DNA from: Laetmonice hystrix
Lineage: Eukaryota
Reading direction: 5' to 3'
Assembly: GCA_965235115.1 (NCBI GenBank)
Contig: OZ249449.1
Coordinates: 9,300,001-9,364,000, forward strand
Length of the DNA: 64,000 bases
Under the pieces are notes generated by a model. The model was not told the DNA's origin. It ran no database searches and saw nothing but the letters and a program-made list of their open reading frames with translations. The position numbers and the translations under genes are program-made. Of the stretch, positions 1 through 13,933 are shown in pieces (position 1 is the first letter of the stretch; each line of letters opens with the position of its first letter).

Positions 1-1434
1 TTCCCCTGTGTGAGTGCGAATGTGTTTTCGGAGATTGTATAAGATGTTATTTTCATACCGACACTGATTGCAGCGGTACATTGCACGGGCGTCGTCGTAC
101 ACAATGAGCGAGTCCCGATACGCCTCGGATACTTGGTTCGGATCTTCATCATCAGTATCCTTGTTGCCACCATCTTCAACACTATCATCTGTTTTGCCAG
201 ATCTGTCACCGGCCTCGGTTGTATCCCCACCGCCATGCTGCCCAACATCTAGCACCATACTTTTTACATTGTTGAAAGCCTCAGCGGGGTCTTGACTCAC
301 ATGTTTTGCCTTTGGTGATGTCCCTTCCCCTTCCATGTGGTTGCGGATATGTTCAGTCAGGTCCACTGCATTGTCAAATGAGTCCCGACACATTGAGCAT
401 TCAAATGGCTTTATTCTCTTTTGGATCGGAGACTGGTCCCCTTCTTCTATGTCAGAGTCACTTTGTCCAAGCGGAATCATTGACGGGTCGATTCGGATGG
501 ACTTGGAAGCCCTCGCCACTGGTACCTTGACATTTTCCCCACTAAGATGTTTATTTACATGACGATTGTAGTTGCTGGGGTCAGAGAAACGCCCTCCACA
601 GAAACTGCAGACGAAGGGCTTCTCCCCAGTGTGCGTGCGAGCGTGGGATTGGACATGTTTGAATGAAGGTCGTTGATAGTTACACACTGTGCACACAAAC
701 AAACCATTATTTTCAATGATAAGATTGTCGCTGAGGGTAAGCCCAACATCGGGCATCTTCTTGGCACGCTTGGCTATTGGTTCCCCATCTTCTGTGCCAT
801 CCAGTGGGATTTTGTTTGGTGGCTGCCCCTCGTTTACGAGTGGGACATCTGCATTGTCGCTGTGAATTCTCATGTGGGTAGTTGCCTCACCCGCGGTGGC
901 AAACACTGCCGAGCATACCGAGCATTCATACTCGTCCTCCGTTGTCTCCATGTCTCCGACCTGTGTGTGACCTCTGACATACCCATCCATAAAGTTGAAA
1001 TGATTCTGGACCTGTCTTTTCGCCACCCCTTCCTCAGCCACCTTGACGTGACCCAGACTTTTTAAGCCATTGTTTTCCATGCCCTTGAAATGACCTTGAA
1101 ACTGATGACTCTGGATGAAGCCGTTGACCTCCGGCCTCGGCTGACCCCTATACCGGTCCATCCCACTCTTGAAGTAACCTTGACAATCCTCCAACACCTT
1201 CATATGACCTTGAAGCTGAGCTTGACTCTTGTAGTAGCAGCGTCGCTGGTGTTTACTGCAGTTGCTCTTATCAGAGAACCGTCTGTTGCAATAGTCGCAG
1301 AGAAATGGCTTCCAGCCTGTGTGCAGACGAACGTGCGTCTTAATGTGACAGAGCCGTGTGTTCTGATAGGAACAACCCGAGTATGCGCACTCGAACGTGT
1401 CCTTGTTACGGAGGATGAGCTCGCTACCGTCACC
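1..1434 (-). CDS. Large exon encoding 7 C2H2-type zinc fingers (gene continues beyond window start); probably the 3' part of gene B
   Basis: Acceptor tgttacag|GGT at 1434, then a stop-free frame to base 1 (478 codons, missed by the ORF track). Fingers: FECAYSGC..HVRLH-TGWKP, FLCDYC..HQRRC, YECSVC..HMRIH, FVCTVC..HARTH-TGEKP, FVCSFC..HVNKH, FECSMC..HIRNH, YRCNQC..HIRTH-TGE. Confidence 0.92.
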
Positions 1435-4400
1435 CTGTAACATACAAAATTCAAATTTACAATTATTGCTAATAAATACAAAGCTCAACCAGTCTTCTGC
1501 AATCTTCAAACACCGTTCCTTACTGAAAGAGAATTGCAGGATTACATCTATGTTTCCTATGTTGTTAGCAAATATTTCTCAAGTAAATCACAAAAAGAGC
1601 CCTGGGCTACTGGTCCTTAGATGTAACGTATTTGGTTTTCCACTCTATTCTTGCACTCTTCCCTCCCCCCCCCCCCTGGTGTGAAGCAGCTGAAACTACC
1701 ACTGATGTCTGTATTCCTCACAAGAGGGCGCCACGGGTGCCACGACCGGCTCAGTTTCTGTCGGGCACGGATTAATGGACCATTCTTACATTTTGCTTTC
1801 CTGAACGGAAAAACGTAGTATTTCTGGCAGTTTCCTTTGAAATCTCCCTTAAAATAGAAGCCAACACATTTTTGGTTTTCTGGAACACCTATTGGGGCCT
1901 TCTGGAAACTTTGGGGTAAGGCCACCCAATTCTCTTTTCCATTCTTTTTTCGTTTGCTTATTTTATTTGGCAAAGACATCGTAATCCCTAGATCACACAA
2001 CTTTCCAAACCTTTTATTTTCATGAGTACAGATCTTTGAACAACCCCGGTTGACACCTTTATCTCACCATGGAATTTCCGTCCGTCTTTGCATCTGATAA
2101 CAGAAACAGATACGCCAATGCAGACTAGTCCCTGAACCGCCACTTTGTCCAGTATAGTTTCGAGCACTAGTACCCGGTTCAAGTCAAAAAGGTGCCCAAA
2201 CTGGGAGGCCAGTAATTTAAAACTCCCTACTTTTTTTTTCTTATGGGTAGAGACCGAAGTTGCACCTGGTTGGGTCAGCTTCACGCTTGATGAGCATCAA
2301 TAAGAGTTTTCCTCTTTGTCTTTATATTTCTGAGGTGAACCGAAGTTTTTCATGAATGTCACACCTGCGTCCATCTAGCTAGGCCTACTCTAAGAAAGTG
2401 TATATTACCTTTGAAAGGCCCTATGCAGTAGGCATACATTTGGTCAGCCATCTAGTCCTGCACAGACACCCTCCACACACACGACATACTGGCCTTCACG
2501 GGCATGTGTGGGTGATGCTGAATGTGTTTAGGCCAAAACAAATTTTTGTTTCTTCTCCCCACACGCGTCACCTGAAATCCTCTTCGTTAAGATTAAAAAA
2601 AAATCATTTCTGGTTTATTTTAGGTATAAAAGCTTAAAATGACAAAAAAAGCTACGGTTTCTCACTTCCGCATTCATTTTCGACTTTTTTTTCAGAAAAT
2701 GAAGTTATGGGGGGAAGCCCCCCCCCAGCCCCTCCCCCTGCTCCGCTGTACCTGGTTTTCATATTCTTTAATAAAAACATTGAATATCATTGTATTTGCT
2801 TTGTTTTCTTGATGATTTCTTCATATACCCAACAGAAATCAGTCATTATCTGGTTACAGGAAGAAAAGAAAAAGAAAATAGCACGGCTTCACCACAGCAA
2901 CATTGGTTTATATAAAAGGATGAGAAACTAAATTTCTTTTCGGCCTAAGGGGCACGTCGCACCAATAATTTTATAAAAAGTAAAAGAAACATAACTAAAC
3001 CTTTAGATAGCTACCTTACCGGATAGGCCTGCCATGTCACACTTTTTGTCGCACCTCATTTATTATATATACCTGCCTGGTGTAACCGGTCTGCTCACGG
3101 TAATGTGAACCTCAACGAGTACCTTATTTAAACATGTGCATCTTCAGAGGTTTCTACTCGATAAAACAAGTCAAACAGAGGGCAGGGGGTTTAAGTTGAG
3201 GGTCGGGTACCGTCACTGCAACTGGTTGGAAAAAAAATCTCGCTTAACCACTGGTTCTAGTTTATGAATTTATGAGCTTTGCTAACTGAATCTTGCTAGA
3301 GCACCTCCTGCTACTGAAGTCCTGAGAACAGAGCAATGTATGATGGCCACTGTGGACAGCCATAAAACAAAGTACTCCAGTTTTTAAAATAGGTGCTTGC
3401 CTTACATCGACTTGAACTCTTCGGTACTAAAAACTTGAGCAACCCCCTAGCCCCACACCCGGTATGCCAAACACATCCAAGGACCTGAGTGATTAAAAAC
3501 TTGGAGCAATCCCCTAGCCCCACACCCGGTATGCCAAACACATCCAGGGACCTGAGTGATTAAAAACTTGGAGCAATCCCCTAGCCCCACACCCGGTATG
3601 CAAAACACATCCAAGGACCTGAGTGATTAAAAACTTGGAGCAATCCCCTAGCCCCACACCCGGTATGCCAAACACATCCAGGGACCTGAGTGATTAAAAA
3701 CTTGGAGCAACCCCCTAGCCCTACACCCGGTATGCCAAACACATCCAAGGACCTGAGTGATTAAAAACTTGGAGCAATCCCCTAGCCCCACACCCGGTAT
3801 GCAAAACACAGCCAAGGACCTGAGTGATTTAAAACTTGGAGCAATCCCCTAGCCCCACACCCGGTATGCAAAACACATCCAAGGACCTGAGCGATATAAA
3901 ACTTGGAGCAACCCCCTAGCCCCACACCCGGTATGCAAAACACATCCAGGGACCTGAGTGATTAAAAACTTGGAGCAACCCCCTAGCCCCACACCCGGTA
4001 TGCAAAACACATCCAAGGACCTGGGTGATTTAAAACTTGGAGCAACCCCCTAGCCCCACACCCGGTATGCAAAACACAGCCAAGGACCTGAGTGATTTAA
4101 AACTTGAAGCAACCCCCTAGCCCCACACCCGGTATGCAAAACACATCCAAGGACCTGAGCGATATAAAACTTGGAGCAACCCCCTAGCCCCACACCCGGT
4201 ATGCCAAACACATCCAAGGACCTGAGCGATTTAAAACTTAGAGCAATCCCCTAGCCCCACACCCGGTATGCCAAACACATCCAAGGACCTGAGCGATTTA
4301 AAACTTGGAGCAACCCCCTAGCCCCACACCCGGTATGCCAAACACATCCAAGGACCTGAGTGATTTAAAACTTGGAGCAACCCCCTAGCCCCACACCCGG

Positions 4401-7400
4401 TATGCCAAACACATCCAAGGACCTGAGTGATTTAAAACTTGGAGCAACCCCCTAGCCCCACACCCGGTATGCAAAACACATCCAAGGACCCGAGTGATTT
4501 AAAACTTGGAGCAACCCCCTAGCCCCACACCCGGTATGCCAAACACATCCAAGGACCTGAGTGATTTAAAACTTGGAGCAACCCCCTAGCCCCACACCCG
4601 GTATGCCAAATGGCGTTCAAATTTAAAGTCACTTTAACTAAGCGTGGGAGCAATGACATCAAAAACTCTTGGTGGATTTGTGAGGGTTTTTTATGTGCTG
4701 CCGTGGGGCCCTAGATTCTGGTCTACTGGCGTTGCGTGACACTGCAAGGGGGGTGCGGGGTGGGGGGTGGGGTTGTAAGTGACTGCATTGGTTGGTAACT
4801 GGCGCCTTTACCTACTCCTTGACCTTAAACCTTTCCCGTCTCATGCCCATATTTTTTTTCCAGTCTCGAGCAGACTATGCATTCACTAACTGACGTGCCG
4901 TTATGGCTGTTGGACTTAAAATATAAAAAGAATATTTACAGGTAGGCCTACTTAAAAGACAAAACATTTAACGTTTTTCTAAATGTCCTGCAATTTTCTC
5001 AATCAATACAGGCATAGATGTTATTTACCATGTAGAATCGCTACTGTCTTTACTTTTACTATCATATTCCAAGTAATGAATTAGTTAAATGACATTGTTA
5101 GTTTTGAGTTTATGTATCGAGAAAGATTCATTACATATTTCTGTTTTAGAAGGGAAAATGATATAGCCACGCACATCTTTTTTTTTCTACAACTCAGCCA
5201 ATCAGGAATGGTAAAAACAGCTGTTACATTATCTCATTTTCACCGTTTCCCCAGTTTTCCCTGACTGGAAAAATGGAACCTTACTTTCAAGATTTTCCCT
5301 TATTTCCAGAGTGGCTGGAAACCCTGTCCAGCCATCCTCAAAATAGGTAACATATAAAACCATGTCATTCCTTCCTCCCTCTCTGCAAAGAACCCCATTA
5401 TAGAAAAATGGTCGAGTGCAAGATCTTAAAGGTGCTATTCGTCTCGCACAGAATGGCATTTCTCCTATCATACATTGTGCACATAGTACTAGAAAAAATT
5501 CCTACCGATACCATTGGCCTGATAAACCTTCTATTAGTTTGTGTGCAGCATTTGAAACCTATCTCGGTGCGCACCGAGATAGAGCCATTTCCTATGGTGG
5601 GGCGTGTCAGGGTCTCCACAGGCCTTCTGAGAGAGCCCCATTTGTGCCGTTATCCATGAAAAATTTTGATTTCCTTTGTTGTGAATCTATTTCCATGATA
5701 GGTGGGATCACATAAACGTCAACAAAATTAAAAATAAAAAAATTGAATTTTTGTTCACGAATAGCACCTTTAATATGGCTGCCCTTTCCAAGATGGCAAG
5801 TCTTGATTTCACCCCAGATCCAGATAACGTTTGTTACATTCAGTAAACACTGGAGCCATCACCATTTACAAATATATGTTTCAATTCAGGCTCACTACAT
5901 CATAAGGTATAACCACTGGGAAAAAAAACAATTTTAATCTTCAGTTATGTTTTATTAAAGATTGTGAAAACATGAACAGCCATAGACAAGAGCATTATAC
6001 GGAGGGCAGTGTTTAACACCATGAGCCAGAGACCGCCATCGAGTCTGCTATTTTCCACTGCTGATAAAGATCCAATAAAATGTAAATTTCAATGCTTTTC
6101 TCCACCTTCTAGACCACGCAGTCACACTGGCTGCCACTACAAAAACCAGCAGCAATCAATAATTGTTGCCATAGCAACACGGTCGTGCCTGCATTCAAGC
6201 GGCCACGCGGGTCTAGGGGCCTATGCTGAGGACTTTCCGACTAGAGCGTGTCAAACAAGGCACTAAAAATATGCGGCCTTTCTACTCTGGCTGCGCGGCT
6301 GTAGGCGTGCTGCTTATTTCATCAATAACCAATTGAAGAATGGTCTTACACCATACACTACAAGAAAATCATTTATGACTGAGACCCATATATCCTCAGC
6401 AGTTGTCAGTGCATTACTTTCCCTTTTTTTCACCAGTGCCCTCTCACGATGCCATGAATCTCTTGGATGAACTGCCATGGGAAATCCCACTTGAGGCCGT
6501 CTCCTTTCACGGAGCAGGCAAAGGCTTTGAGGCCTACTATAGAAAACGGTTACCATGGCAACTGTACCCAAGAGGCAGTAGAGGTCTACACAAAGGGCTT
6601 ACTGTATACACTACTGAAATTAGACCGTTCTATTTTAGTCGGCCTGGCAAAGCCTTTCATAAACGTCTTCAGAGGAAGTCCTTTACGTTTCTGATTATGA
6701 ATTTTGATATTTTGAGTGTAATTAATTCGAATCTTTTAGTATTTGTACACATTATGAAGGTCGACCTTACCCCTACAATTTTGCGAACTGAGTGGGGAAA
6801 AGACTTAAATGGAACTGTGATGCCAAAAAATTCCAATTATGGTTGATACGAATATGGTTTGATTTCATACCATGAGGGAAGCTGTATTCTGACAACAGAT
6901 ACTGTTTTGTTTGATTGCTGGTACATGTTGACCACTTTGATAATACTTGTTTTAACAAAATTCAAGCCATTATTTACAAAATGAATGTCATAGTAACAAA
7001 AAGGGCTTTTTTAAAGAAAAAGGTGTATTTTGGTTCCTGGTTCTTGAAGACGTGGCCGGCGGGGGGCTACACATTATGAGATCTAGAAAGGGGTGAATTG
7101 TGCCAGAATCTGGAAGGGGGTATGACCTATTATGACCTTTCCCCCAATGCCCACCCACCCTGAAATACACCACTTCCGGTAACCAAAACAAGCCCTCAGT
7201 ATTGATTGGTAAGCTTCTTAGTCACAAGCGTTTGACCGTTTTACATTAAAAAAACAAATACCACAGTACTTAATATACAGTGTGACAGTTTGGATTCAAC
7301 GATGGCTGACATATAAGGAAGGACCAGACCAGAACGGCACAATTTTGAGAAAAAAGTAACAGAAAAAAAGCACAATTTCTTTAAGAGGCCTGCACTGAAA

Positions 7401-10400
7401 ATGGCATAAAACGTTTTTACGCTCTTTGACAGTATATGATTGTATTTAACTCTATAAATGTTTCCAAAATAACTGTTATATGTTCTTCATAAATAATCAT
7501 CTTCCCCCTAAGCCACCATTTTTTAATATTTTGCTCCCAAAAACTGTTAAATTTCCAAGCAATTACCACAAGGAAACAGTTCCTTTAGATTTGGAACTAG
7601 AAATACTTCACTAACCCTGCCTACGATACGCACTTAGACAATATATTCCCAATAAAATCTGCCACCAGAAAAAAAAAGTTCTTGTTGCACTTGATCCAGA
7701 GAACCTCCATCACTGAGGCCACCCCCTCCCACCAACACGGAATGCTAGTTTAGATCCTATCAGTTGGCAGCCTAGACTGCAGCACTATCAAGCTACAGTC
7801 AGGGCCCTTTTATATCGAACGCGACACGACCCGGTATAATAAGCCTACCTATACCGGCTGTCGTTTTATAATAGCCTAAACCCGCAGCACCTGCGTCTGC
7901 ACCCTGCCCGGCCAGGAAAATCAGTTATTCAGCTGAAAGTGTAGGGGGGGGGGGGGCTGCAGGCGGTTACCGACCGCCAGAACCTGCATGAAAGTAGGTC
8001 AGGCTGGCAGGACTAGCATTCAGTCTCATTATGTAAGCCTTCCTCCCTCCAACTTGGCCAACTCAGGACTAAAAGCTTAAAATCCCTGTCTCCCCTACAT
8101 CTTATAGAGCCCGTCTTAGCGGCTATAAATAACCTAAAAAAGCCTTGCATTGAAGAGATGTCTTTCCAGCTTTGTGTCTGTCTGCTGCAGGGAGGGGGGG
8201 GGGGGGTTGTTAGAAATGCAGGGGGAGGGGGAAGAGAAGGGGTGGGGGGTTGTGGTTGTATGCATGGCAAGCATGCGTAAGCCTACTTGGTGAGAGAAAG
8301 CCTACTGCAGCTGGCGGGTTCAGTACTTGCGCTGGCACCGGCAAGCGCTGCCTCCACCGCCAGCCAGCCCGCCGACCAGTCCGCTATAATCAATACAGCA
8401 GGGCCTCTCAACCCATGCCTATATTGAACCCCCCACCCCCACCCCCCACCCCCTCCATACTCCTCCATATCCTACCCAATAAGACCCATTTCTACCGTTC
8501 ATTGCTAAGTCCCGCAATGTCCCATAATGTAGGCTTATGGGCATAACAAATGGTAATGATATCTAACCCATTTTTTTTAATTTTTCTTTTTGTCTGAGGT
8601 TGAGCGACCAAGCCTGAATGCAAACATAGCCACATATAGGGCCTATATATGGTGGTGTCCTGGTGAGGCCTCACAGGCAGTAGTTTTAAATGATCGCAAA
8701 TCTCTTCAACTCATGAATTTTTCATCAGCCCTAGCTATAGATAGATATTTTATGTGGGAATACAGCAAGTACGAATGAATTACAACAAGTGACCTCGTTC
8801 TACACCCCAAGCAGGGCATTGAAAATAGGAGCTCAACGTTTTTTAGCGCCAAGAGGCTAGAGAATTTATGAGTTTCTAGATTTATTTTTTTAAATGCTTC
8901 ACTTTGCGTGCATACTATATTTGAGAATTCTATCATAGAGATGGGTTTCTCTTAGCATGATCACTTGTAACCTTACTCCGCGAGCCTTGACTTACCCGGG
9001 ACATATCCAGATTTTTAGCATCGCCTCATAACACTTTGCGTCAATGAGCTGATCAAGTGAATATTCTGCATATGGGCCGGATCCAGGTTGGCGCCAAGGG
9101 GGGGGGGGGGGGCGGCGTTATGGGTGCCTGGGGGGATCTATGTTTGAACCTTTCAAGCAGGAAAAAAGACCGTAGACCACGTCTAAAATTATGAAGGACA
9201 TCCCTAGATATACCCAGATGCATCCGTAGAATTTGGAAATGAACAATCCAGATGGCAAGTATGAGCCATCCAGATGGCAAGTATGAACCATCCAGATGGC
9301 AAGTATGAACCATCCAGATGGCAAGTACAATCCACACGAGGCAAGTATGAACAATCCAGATGGCAAGTATGAGCCATCCAGATGGCAAGTATGAACCATC
9401 CAGATGGCAAGTATGAACAATCCAGATGGCAAGTATGAACCATCCAGATGGCAAGTATGAACAATCCAGATGGCAAGTATGAACCATCCAGATGGCAAAT
9501 ACAATCCACACATGGCAAGTATGAACCATCCAGATGGCAAGTATGAACAATCCAGATGGCAAGTATGAACCATCCAGATGGCAAGTACAATCCACACGAG
9601 GCAAGTATGAACAATCCAGATGGCAAGTATGAGCCATCCAGATGGCAAGTATGAACCATCCAGATGGCAAGTATGAACAATCCAGATGGCAAGTATGAAC
9701 CATCCAGATGGCAAGTATGAACAATACAGATGGCAAGTATGAGCCATCCAGATGGCAAGTACAATCCACACGAGGCAAGTATGAACAATCCAGATGGCAT
9801 GTATTAGCCATCCAGATGGCAAGTACAATCCACATGAGGCAAGTATGAGCCATCCAGATGGCAAGTATGAACCATCCAGATGGCAAGTACAATCCACACG
9901 AGGCAAGTATGAACAATACAGATGGCAAGTATGAACCATCCAGAGGGCAAGTACAATCCACACGAGGCAAGTATGAACAATCCAGATGGCAAGTATGAGC
10001 CATCCAGATGGCAAGTATGAGCCATCCAGATGGCAAGTATGAACCATCCAGATGGCAAGTATGAACAATCCAGATGGCAAGTATGAACCATCCAGATGGC
10101 AAGTATGAACAATACAGATGGCAAGTATATGAACCATCCAGATGGCAAGTATGAACCATCCAGATGGCAAGTACAATCCACAGGAGGCAAGTATGAACAA
10201 TACAGATGGCAAGTATGAACCATCCAGATGGCAAGTACAATCCACATGAGGCAAGTATGAACAATACAGATGGCAAGTATGAACCATCCAGATGGCAAGT
10301 ATGAACAATCCAGATGGCAAGTACTAGTCACCCGTAGTCAGGCTATTCCCCCCTTGCTTTTCCTTTCTATCATCGCCGGACTAGTGAGCAGTGAACTGAC

Positions 10401-13086
10401 TATGGGTTGACTAGTCTAACAAGGTGGCATGGTGAAACCAGTTGGTAAGACAAACGCTATTCTCTCTTAAACTAACAACAGTGCCCCTTTCAACACAACT
10501 CTGTGGCCGCCAGACCAACCCTTACGTCCAGGGGTGGGTAAAATTCAAACATGAAAATACAGAGTGAACGAACAAAAAGCTGTCAGTGTGAAAACAGTCA
10601 TTTCATAACTCAAAACATTCAATGGCAGACCCTGTGGCGATATATAAAAAAGGTAATTTTTTTTTTTTTCAAATTATTTTCAAAGAACTCTATGTACGTG
10701 TATGTACTAAGTTCTAATTACCTTCATCAATCAAGACTTTTCCAAATTGATGCCAGATTCACTATTCAGCCAAAGACCCTATTGAATAAATTTAAAGAAA
10801 GAAATTCTACGTGGGCACCCATGTGTTGTGAGGTAAACGTTTGTGAGGTATATTCAGGTATTTCTGTTGTCCTTGTAATACTAGATTATTCAAACAGGCA
10901 ACGACAAGTTTATTGTCAAGGCAACAGCAATCATAATAGTTCAAAATATTAAAGTACACACAAAAAAATAACTTACTGATGAAGTGATGCTGGAATTGAA
11001 TTTTAATAAATGATACTCTTTTCAACTTACAGTACGGTAATACCAGTAAGTACTGCCTTTTATTCCTACAAATTATCGATATTCTTCCCTTGAAAAAGAC
11101 TGGTAAAAGTCTGTATACTTATCCCGTTTCCTCGATTAAAATTAAATCGAGGACAATTACTTATCCCGTTATCTGTGACAGTCTGACCATCCGATTGGAC
11201 ATTTGTTGTCATGATCATCACCAAAAAAAACAGGTAGATTGCTCTAGGCCTTGGTGTTAGATGTAAACTGATTGAAGTTTCATCTTCATAGGCAATTGAT
11301 GAACCATATAGGCCTACTTCGGCATTTAATCTTGCTCAACTCAAGTCAAAGTAGCTGTGACTGACGTGCTGCTAATCCTTCTGACTCTCGTGGACGATTC
11401 CGTAGAACTGTCATGGTTTTATCTTGTATTCTGTGACTTAGACAATTCATGAATACATGTATCCCTGAACCGATCCTTCTCAATCAACCCTTTCCCTTGC
11501 CGTCAAATTCATCGTCGCTAGACATTTTCTTTGACTAGCCCTACGCAACATGCCTGCTGGAACAACTCTGTTTCGGCAAAGATGACATCACTGACGCCAC
11601 CCAGTGGCAGGGATGCAAAAATCAGATGCGATGAAGACTCCATCGGAAAAAGTCATATTTTTAACGATTACATAAAATCTAATTTTTCTCTGTGTCTTTT
11701 GGCAGAACTGTTCATAAACATGTTGTATATCGGAGTTAAATGTCAGCAGGTAGAAAAAAAACACATATAATGAGAAAAGCATAAAAAATGTTTGGGATAA
11801 ACACATTTTAACTGAATTGACTGCATGGGTGTTACAATGTAAAAACAGACAACAATAATACATCCCAGTCTGTTGGGATTCTACAATCCAGATAAGATTC
11901 TAAGAATCAGAGAAGAGTGAAAAAAAACCCTCTCTGAAACTGATGTAGGAAGATGGACGTACACAGGAAACCAAGCTTTCAGAAAAAAACTGGGTCCCTT
12001 TAAAATTAAATCGAGGACAACAACTCTCTATGAGATCACCACTTACCACTCCATTTGATTCACCTTGATCCTCCGAAGTCGTTTCCAAGTCAGAACTTGC
12101 CGTTGACGAGAATGACTCCGATAGATTGACCCGCTGCCCATTCATTACACCCTGCCCATTTCCATGGCAATTTTCTGTGGCTTCAGAGTTGTTTTTTTGC
12201 CCATTGCTATTGTTATTGTTGCTGTCTCCGCTTGCATAGAGCGCTTTGGTTTGGTGGAATGTTGAGGCAAATTCATTTACAATTGTTCGGTCCGAGTCAA
12301 TTTTAGCAAGGTTGTTTTCACATGCCATACAGAGCAATGGGGAGCGACATGTCGCTGGATCAAGTACCAAGAGCAAGACTGTCTCAAGACGGTCTTTGAG
12401 ACCCGGTTCCAACAAGTTGTCCTTAGCAAAGATATTTTTTGACTTGTTATCTTTACTGCTTTGGTGGCAGACCAAACACACTGTGGTATTTGGGACTGAC
12501 TGAGCTTGAGATTCACAATATTCTAAAGTTTGTTGGAAAGATTCACGGAATGCATCAACACTGCACTGGTAGTCATCTATGTCTTCCATTTTTTCTTCAC
12601 AGCATCTGCACAGGAGGCCGCTGTGACAAGTTGCCTCCTCCAACTCCACCTAAAAATAAAATTAAAACTCATTATAATACAACCTGCAAAAATTATCAAC
12701 CGTGGATCCCTAAGTAGCAGGTCCATCTTGAAAATGACGATTTTGAACAAAATCAACATTACATCTGATGTGATGGCAAAGGTGTGGCAATTTCTAAAAA
12801 AAACAGGGAAGGAATTTTTATACAACATCAACAATGAGAAGCTCTCGGATGACCCACAGAACTAATCTGAGGAAAATAGGTATGATAATCATTGATAGGA
12901 GAGGAGCATGCTTCCTATATCTAATATACTATATGTGGGCAGATAGATCACTCAGCTTACCTGTAGCACCACCTGGAGCCTCTCTTTAAGCGGCTGCAAT
13001 CCCAGCATGCCTTTTTCGAACACATTGCTGGCCGTAGCCCCCAGGGGGCCATTACAAACAAGGCACAGGTCTGCTGCCGGCGCCAT
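1..13086 (-). CDS. Gene B: tandem ZAD-ZAD plus C2H2 zinc-finger protein (coding exons 13086-12961, 12649-12047, probably 1434-<1)
   Basis: ATG at 13086, GT-AG junctions, phase 0/0/0. The join from 12047 to 1434 is phase-compatible but inferred; extra exons or a separate gene cannot be excluded. Confidence 0.6.
3428..4610. repeat. 67-bp minisatellite, about 17.5 copies
   Basis: Unit cccctagccccacacccggtatgccaaacacatccaaggacctgagtgattaaaaacttggagcaat, period 67 (3444 to 3511). Confidence 0.97.
5430..5769. mobile_element. 340-bp Kolobok/T2-like MITE
   Basis: TTAA at 5426-5429 and 5770-5773; perfect 13-bp TIR AGGTGCTATTCGT / ACGAATAGCACCT. TTAA TSD with AGG termini is the Kolobok/T2 signature. 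Confidence 0.85.
9241..10323. repeat. 22-bp minisatellite (about 49 units) with interspersed 18/24-bp variant units
   Basis: Unit tccagatggcaagtatgaacca; variants tccagatggcaagtacaa and tccacacgaggcaagtatgaacaa. Confidence 0.97.
12047..12649 (-). CDS. Gene B exon: second half of ZAD1 plus complete ZAD2 and low-complexity linker
   Basis: Acceptor tttttag|GTG at 12649; donor GTG|gtaagt at 12047; 201 codons; ..LLCRCC..(end of ZAD1)..CLVC..RLETVL..LLCMAC.. Confidence 0.88.
12961..13086 (-). CDS. Gene B first coding exon (MAPAADLCLVCNGPLGATASNVFEKGMLGLQPLKERLQVVLQ), first half of ZAD1
   Basis: Acceptor tattacag| at 13106, in-frame TGA just upstream of ATG 13086, donor CAG|gtaagc at 12961 (phase 0). 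Confidence 0.88.
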
Positions 13087-13933
13087 ACTTCAGCCAATCA
13101 AAATCCCTGTAATAAAGTTAAAATAAAAAAAGTTAAATTTGACATAGAATTTGTCAACTTCCGTGGGTCTTATTTTGGGGCCAGATTTCTCACTCAAACC
13201 CTGTTTACTGCTAACATATTTCTGACATTTCTTTCTATATAACTGAATCGGTGAATTTAATAAGGGCCTAACTACATGAGACAAAATGTTCTACATGGTG
13301 AGTTCCTATTTGTGTTCAATAGTAACTATGGCTCTATCTTGCACGGTATACGACTTAGAAGATGTCAATGATGTCATTATGACTTATGACATCACGCTTT
13401 ATCACAAATTTTGGTGTCAATCAAAAGAGCATATTATACTTCCTATTCATGTTCAACAGTAACCATTGCTCCATCTTGTATAGTTTACGAGTTATAATCC
13501 TTATAAGATGCCAATGATGCAATTATGACGATTGACATTGATACAATATACCATAAATATTGGTGTCAATTGAAAGAGCACACTACTTCCTATTCCTCTT
13601 TAATTAACAGAATGTATGGCTCTATCTGGCACCGTTTACAAGTTATAGCCATGGATATCTAAACTGACCATTGTTCAAAATTTCAAGGTCACATGGTTCA
13701 GCGAAACTAGGTCAACTCGTTGTTGCACAGGAGATTCCTTTGAACCTCTCTTAAGAGGATATTGCTGTGCAATATCATGAAATTTTAAATAAAATTGAGG
13801 GAGTAGGGATTTAAGCATTTTCTAACCCTTGACCCAGCTCTTATATAGGTCAAAGGTCAAAATATTTGAAAAAATTAATTAGGTCCCTACCCAATAATTT
13901 TTATTTTGATAGCGTCATCAGTCCTAGAAACTG

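Noticed and set aside
1617-2390. Coding-looking minus-strand ORFs (127 aa and 98 aa)
   Set aside because: No recognisable domain, no phase-consistent splice sites; possibly a decayed element.
6403-6846. 147-aa plus-strand ORF
   Set aside because: No domain recognised; lies among repeat-like sequence antisense to gene B's intron.
9053-10331. 400-aa Cys/His/Trp-rich ORFs
   Set aside because: Translations of the 22-bp repeat in several frames at once; no splice or domain support.
11117-11170. 9-bp hairpin flanked by 12-bp direct repeats; its 21-mer core recurs at 12000-12020
   Set aside because: Probably a fragment of a common dispersed repeat; could not define element ends.
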